Assembly (NCBI GenBank): GCA_049294075.1
Contig: JBAQCK010000170.1
Coordinates: forward strand, 5,593-69,592
From: Bacteroidales bacterium
GTDB lineage: Bacteria > Bacteroidota > Bacteroidia > Bacteroidales > VadinHA17
Direction: 5' to 3'
DNA: 64,000 nt
Below, one piece after another: positions 61,696 through 64,000 of the stretch. Every line of letters starts with the position of its first letter. The stretch's first letter is position 1. Below the pieces are notes generated by a model. That model had not been told where the DNA came from and searched no databases. It saw only the letters and a list, made by a program, of their open reading frames with translations. A program made the position numbers and the translations under genes.

Positions 61696-63057
61696 CTACT
61701 GATGGATATTGATCTTTTTCAGGTTTGCCTCAAGAAGGTTTCTTAGTTCCGTGCTTTTTGCATAGTCAATGGCAGTCTTTCCGCTATTGTCCTTCAGACC
61801 GGGATTGGCTCCCCTTTCCAGCAGCATCCTGACAATATCAGTATGCCCGTTCATCGAGGCAACCATGAGATCGGTGTATTTTGCTGTCTTATGCGGATCT
61901 ATCCTTGCGTTCTTCTTCAGAAAGACCTTTACAACTGCCACCTGTCCGCTCCTGAACGCCTTTATAAAGGCTGTGGCCCTGTCGGAATTGGCAATAACAT
62001 CATCAAGCGAGCCTTTACGGTCGGCAATGTTGACAGCTTCCAGAACTCCGTTCTCGCGGGTTGCCACCATGGCTGTCAGGTTTTCGCTGAAGCTGAAATC
62101 CTTGTTGTAACCCTTGTATAATTTTATGCTGATACTGTCGGCTATATCATCCCTGGCGGTTATAACCAGGGCGCTTGTACCATCGGTGTCGAGCGAATCG
62201 GGTCTGGCTCCTCTCTCGAGCAGGGTTTTTACAATTTCGGTATGACCGTTCATCGCGGCCAGGAACAGTGCGTTTGAGCCGTCGGCCGATTTCAGGTTGA
62301 TATCTGCACCCGAAGCCATCAGCAGTTTCGCGTAATCAGTCTGACCGAGCATGGCTGCAGTCATCAGCGCCGACGTTCCTCCGTTGTCGCTGAGGTTTGG
62401 ATCCGCGCCGCTGTCGAGCAGAAGCATGGCTGCATAGGTATTCCCGAACAGCGATGCCTGAATCAGGGCGGTGGTACCGTTCCTGAAATCCTGCATGTCC
62501 GGATTTGCCCCATAATCAAGGAGCAGAGACACTATCTCATCATGCCCGTTCTGGGATGCAAGCATCAATGCCGTATATCCGTCGGCTGCCTGAAGATCAG
62601 GCTTCGCCCCTTTTGCAAGAAGCAGCCTGGCCACTTCGAGGTGTCCGTTCTGGGAAGCCATCATCAGGGCATTTGTTCCGTCGAGCGCCTTGATCTCAGG
62701 GTCAAAGCCCCTTTCGAGCATCATCTTAACGATCCTGTCGTGACCGTTGTAGGCGGCAAACATGCCGGAAGTGGCCCCGTCAATTGCCTGGATGTTGGGA
62801 TCCGCTCCCCTGCGGAGAAGTATCCTGCAGGCCCTGGAATATCCCCGCGAGGCAGCATACATCAGCAGACTCCTGTCGTACATGTCGGTGTAATTGACAT
62901 TATTCATTGACCTTGCCAGCTCGACTGTACTTGAAATATCTGCTGCTTTCTTCTGTCGTGCCATGGACTTTGTCAAGGGAGTTTCCTGGGCCATGGTTTC
63001 CGGCATGAAGCACAGAAGTGAAATTACTGTCAGTAGGATTATTTGTCCGGCTTTCAT
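61696..63057 (-). CDS. Secreted ankyrin-repeat protein (about 10 ANK repeats)
   Basis: 453 aa. Signal peptide ending ETMAQ. Repeated DG.TALM.AS.NGH.EIV.LLL..GA.P. units. Confidence 0.85.
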   Translation of the reverse strand: MKAGQIILLTVISLLCFMPETMAQETPLTKSMARQKKAADISSTVELARSMNNVNYTDMYDRSLLMYAASRGYSRACRILLRRGADPNIQAIDGATSGMFAAYNGHDRIVKMMLERGFDPEIKALDGTNALMMASQNGHLEVARLLLAKGAKPDLQAADGYTALMLASQNGHDEIVSLLLDYGANPDMQDFRNGTTALIQASLFGNTYAAMLLLDSGADPNLSDNGGTSALMTAAMLGQTDYAKLLMASGADINLKSADGSNALFLAAMNGHTEIVKTLLERGARPDSLDTDGTSALVITARDDIADSISIKLYKGYNKDFSFSENLTAMVATRENGVLEAVNIADRKGSLDDVIANSDRATAFIKAFRSGQVAVVKVFLKKNARIDPHKTAKYTDLMVASMNGHTDIVRMLLERGANPGLKDNSGKTAIDYAKSTELRNLLEANLKKINIHQ

Positions 63058-63219
63058 ATGATGGTATAAAAAACTCGTTGGTTATTCAGCCAATAAACAA
63101 ATAAAATGCACGATAGTGCTGCCAAACTGTGGTATCGGCAGAGACAATAAAATTACAAAATAATGGAATGAAAATCAAACCTGCATAAATCCTCAGGCAT
63201 ATTAAATCTGCTTAAGGCC

Positions 63220-63909
63220 TTATGCTTCTGATCTGCCTGCCGCATCATACTGAAGGACTGATGGACTCAGGAAAATCAGGAAGAATATCATGGCAAACGA
63301 AACTTCATGGAGTTCACTGTCGCGGTACATCTGAATCAGCAGGATCATCAGTGTAACAATAACGATGACAATGATGTGCCGGATACGGGGAACCGGGACG
63401 CAGAACCGGTCATTCAATTTTCTTACTGCCGGTACCTTAAGGATCAGCGGACGCCAGAACAGGAAATAAATGATGAGAACTACAAACAGAAGGCGCGAAA
63501 AAATGATCTTGTTGACGCTGTGGCCGCCGACAACCAGGTTATGAAGATTCGTTTCAGCCTGTTTGTTATGAGCGAGAAAGAAATCACTGCTTTCGATACC
63601 GAAGATCCTTTGCCCCCAGCTTATTTCATCGCCGGCAGCGAAGAAAAAGAGGAATGCCAGCAAAGCCCAGGTGAGAACACCCTTGTAGTTTCTTTCTGTG
63701 CGGTACAGGAACGCCCGGTAAATGCAGACCAGACTCGCCAGGAACAGGAAGAATACGGTTGTGTATTCAACAAAGCCATCTTCCCTGACAAGCTGTTGAA
63801 ATGCCTCCTCGTCAGGAAGGTACCTGAGGTATAAGGCATATGAAATGATAAGAATCAGGGCAGCGCTTACAAGCACCTCAATGCCCCGGATAATTTTTTC
63901 TTTGTTCAT
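63220..63909 (-). CDS. Hypothetical multi-pass membrane protein
   Basis: Start set at the ATG at 63909 (MNKEKIIRG...). About 6 hydrophobic segments and a conserved-looking AAGDEISWGQRIFG loop. No family recognised. Confidence 0.5.
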   Translation of the reverse strand: MNKEKIIRGIEVLVSAALILIISYALYLRYLPDEEAFQQLVREDGFVEYTTVFFLFLASLVCIYRAFLYRTERNYKGVLTWALLAFLFFFAAGDEISWGQRIFGIESSDFFLAHNKQAETNLHNLVVGGHSVNKIIFSRLLFVVLIIYFLFWRPLILKVPAVRKLNDRFCVPVPRIRHIIVIVIVTLMILLIQMYRDSELHEVSFAMIFFLIFLSPSVLQYDAAGRSEA

Positions 63910-64000
63910 TGGTCGGTGAATTGAGATGGCAAAAGTACTAAAAATAATCCTGTCGGAGATAATGCAGAAGATTAGTCGCAAAAGTGAAAACGAAAAACAA

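Overview
The window reads as a chromosomal segment from a Bacteroidota-type genome. This is inferred from a GldF/GldG gliding-motility ABC component, DUF3078-, DUF5916- and DUF5107-like proteins, exact TAnnTTTG -7 boxes just upstream of several starts, and no obvious Shine-Dalgarno use. I support about 50 intact protein genes. They include a partial ADP-forming acyl-CoA synthetase, an ACT protein, an aminotransferase and a four-subunit 2-oxoacid:ferredoxin oxidoreductase (1-6.1 kb). Housekeeping genes follow: nadD, gmk, yicC, ubiA-like, pheT, surE, lpxB, spoIID-like, gldFG, dnaN and an exonuclease. Next come an amino-sugar block (nagB, nagA, Na+/solute symporter), tatA with Tat-signal oxidoreductases, PBP1A, and a glycan-degradation block from 44 to 57 kb (two GH2 enzymes, an M1 peptidase, a DUF5107/TPR protein and an AGE-family epimerase). 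I saw no rRNA, tRNA, CRISPR array, integrase, transposase or phage hallmark. Two things stand out. First, at least seven gene remnants lie among intact essential genes: paaK, an FAH-family gene, an ABC-2 tail, a TonB-dependent receptor, a YidE/YbjL-like transporter, PmbA/TldD, and a CBM9-like gene with a single in-frame TAA. Second, a two-gene module at 57.1-59.3 kb has its own promoter box. It pairs a signal-less kexin-like S8 subtilase carrying a large N-terminal extension with a small 4-TM protein. This is my best candidate for an undescribed system, possibly a protease plus membrane effector, but that is only a hypothesis. All family calls rest on motifs recognised by eye; no database search was possible.
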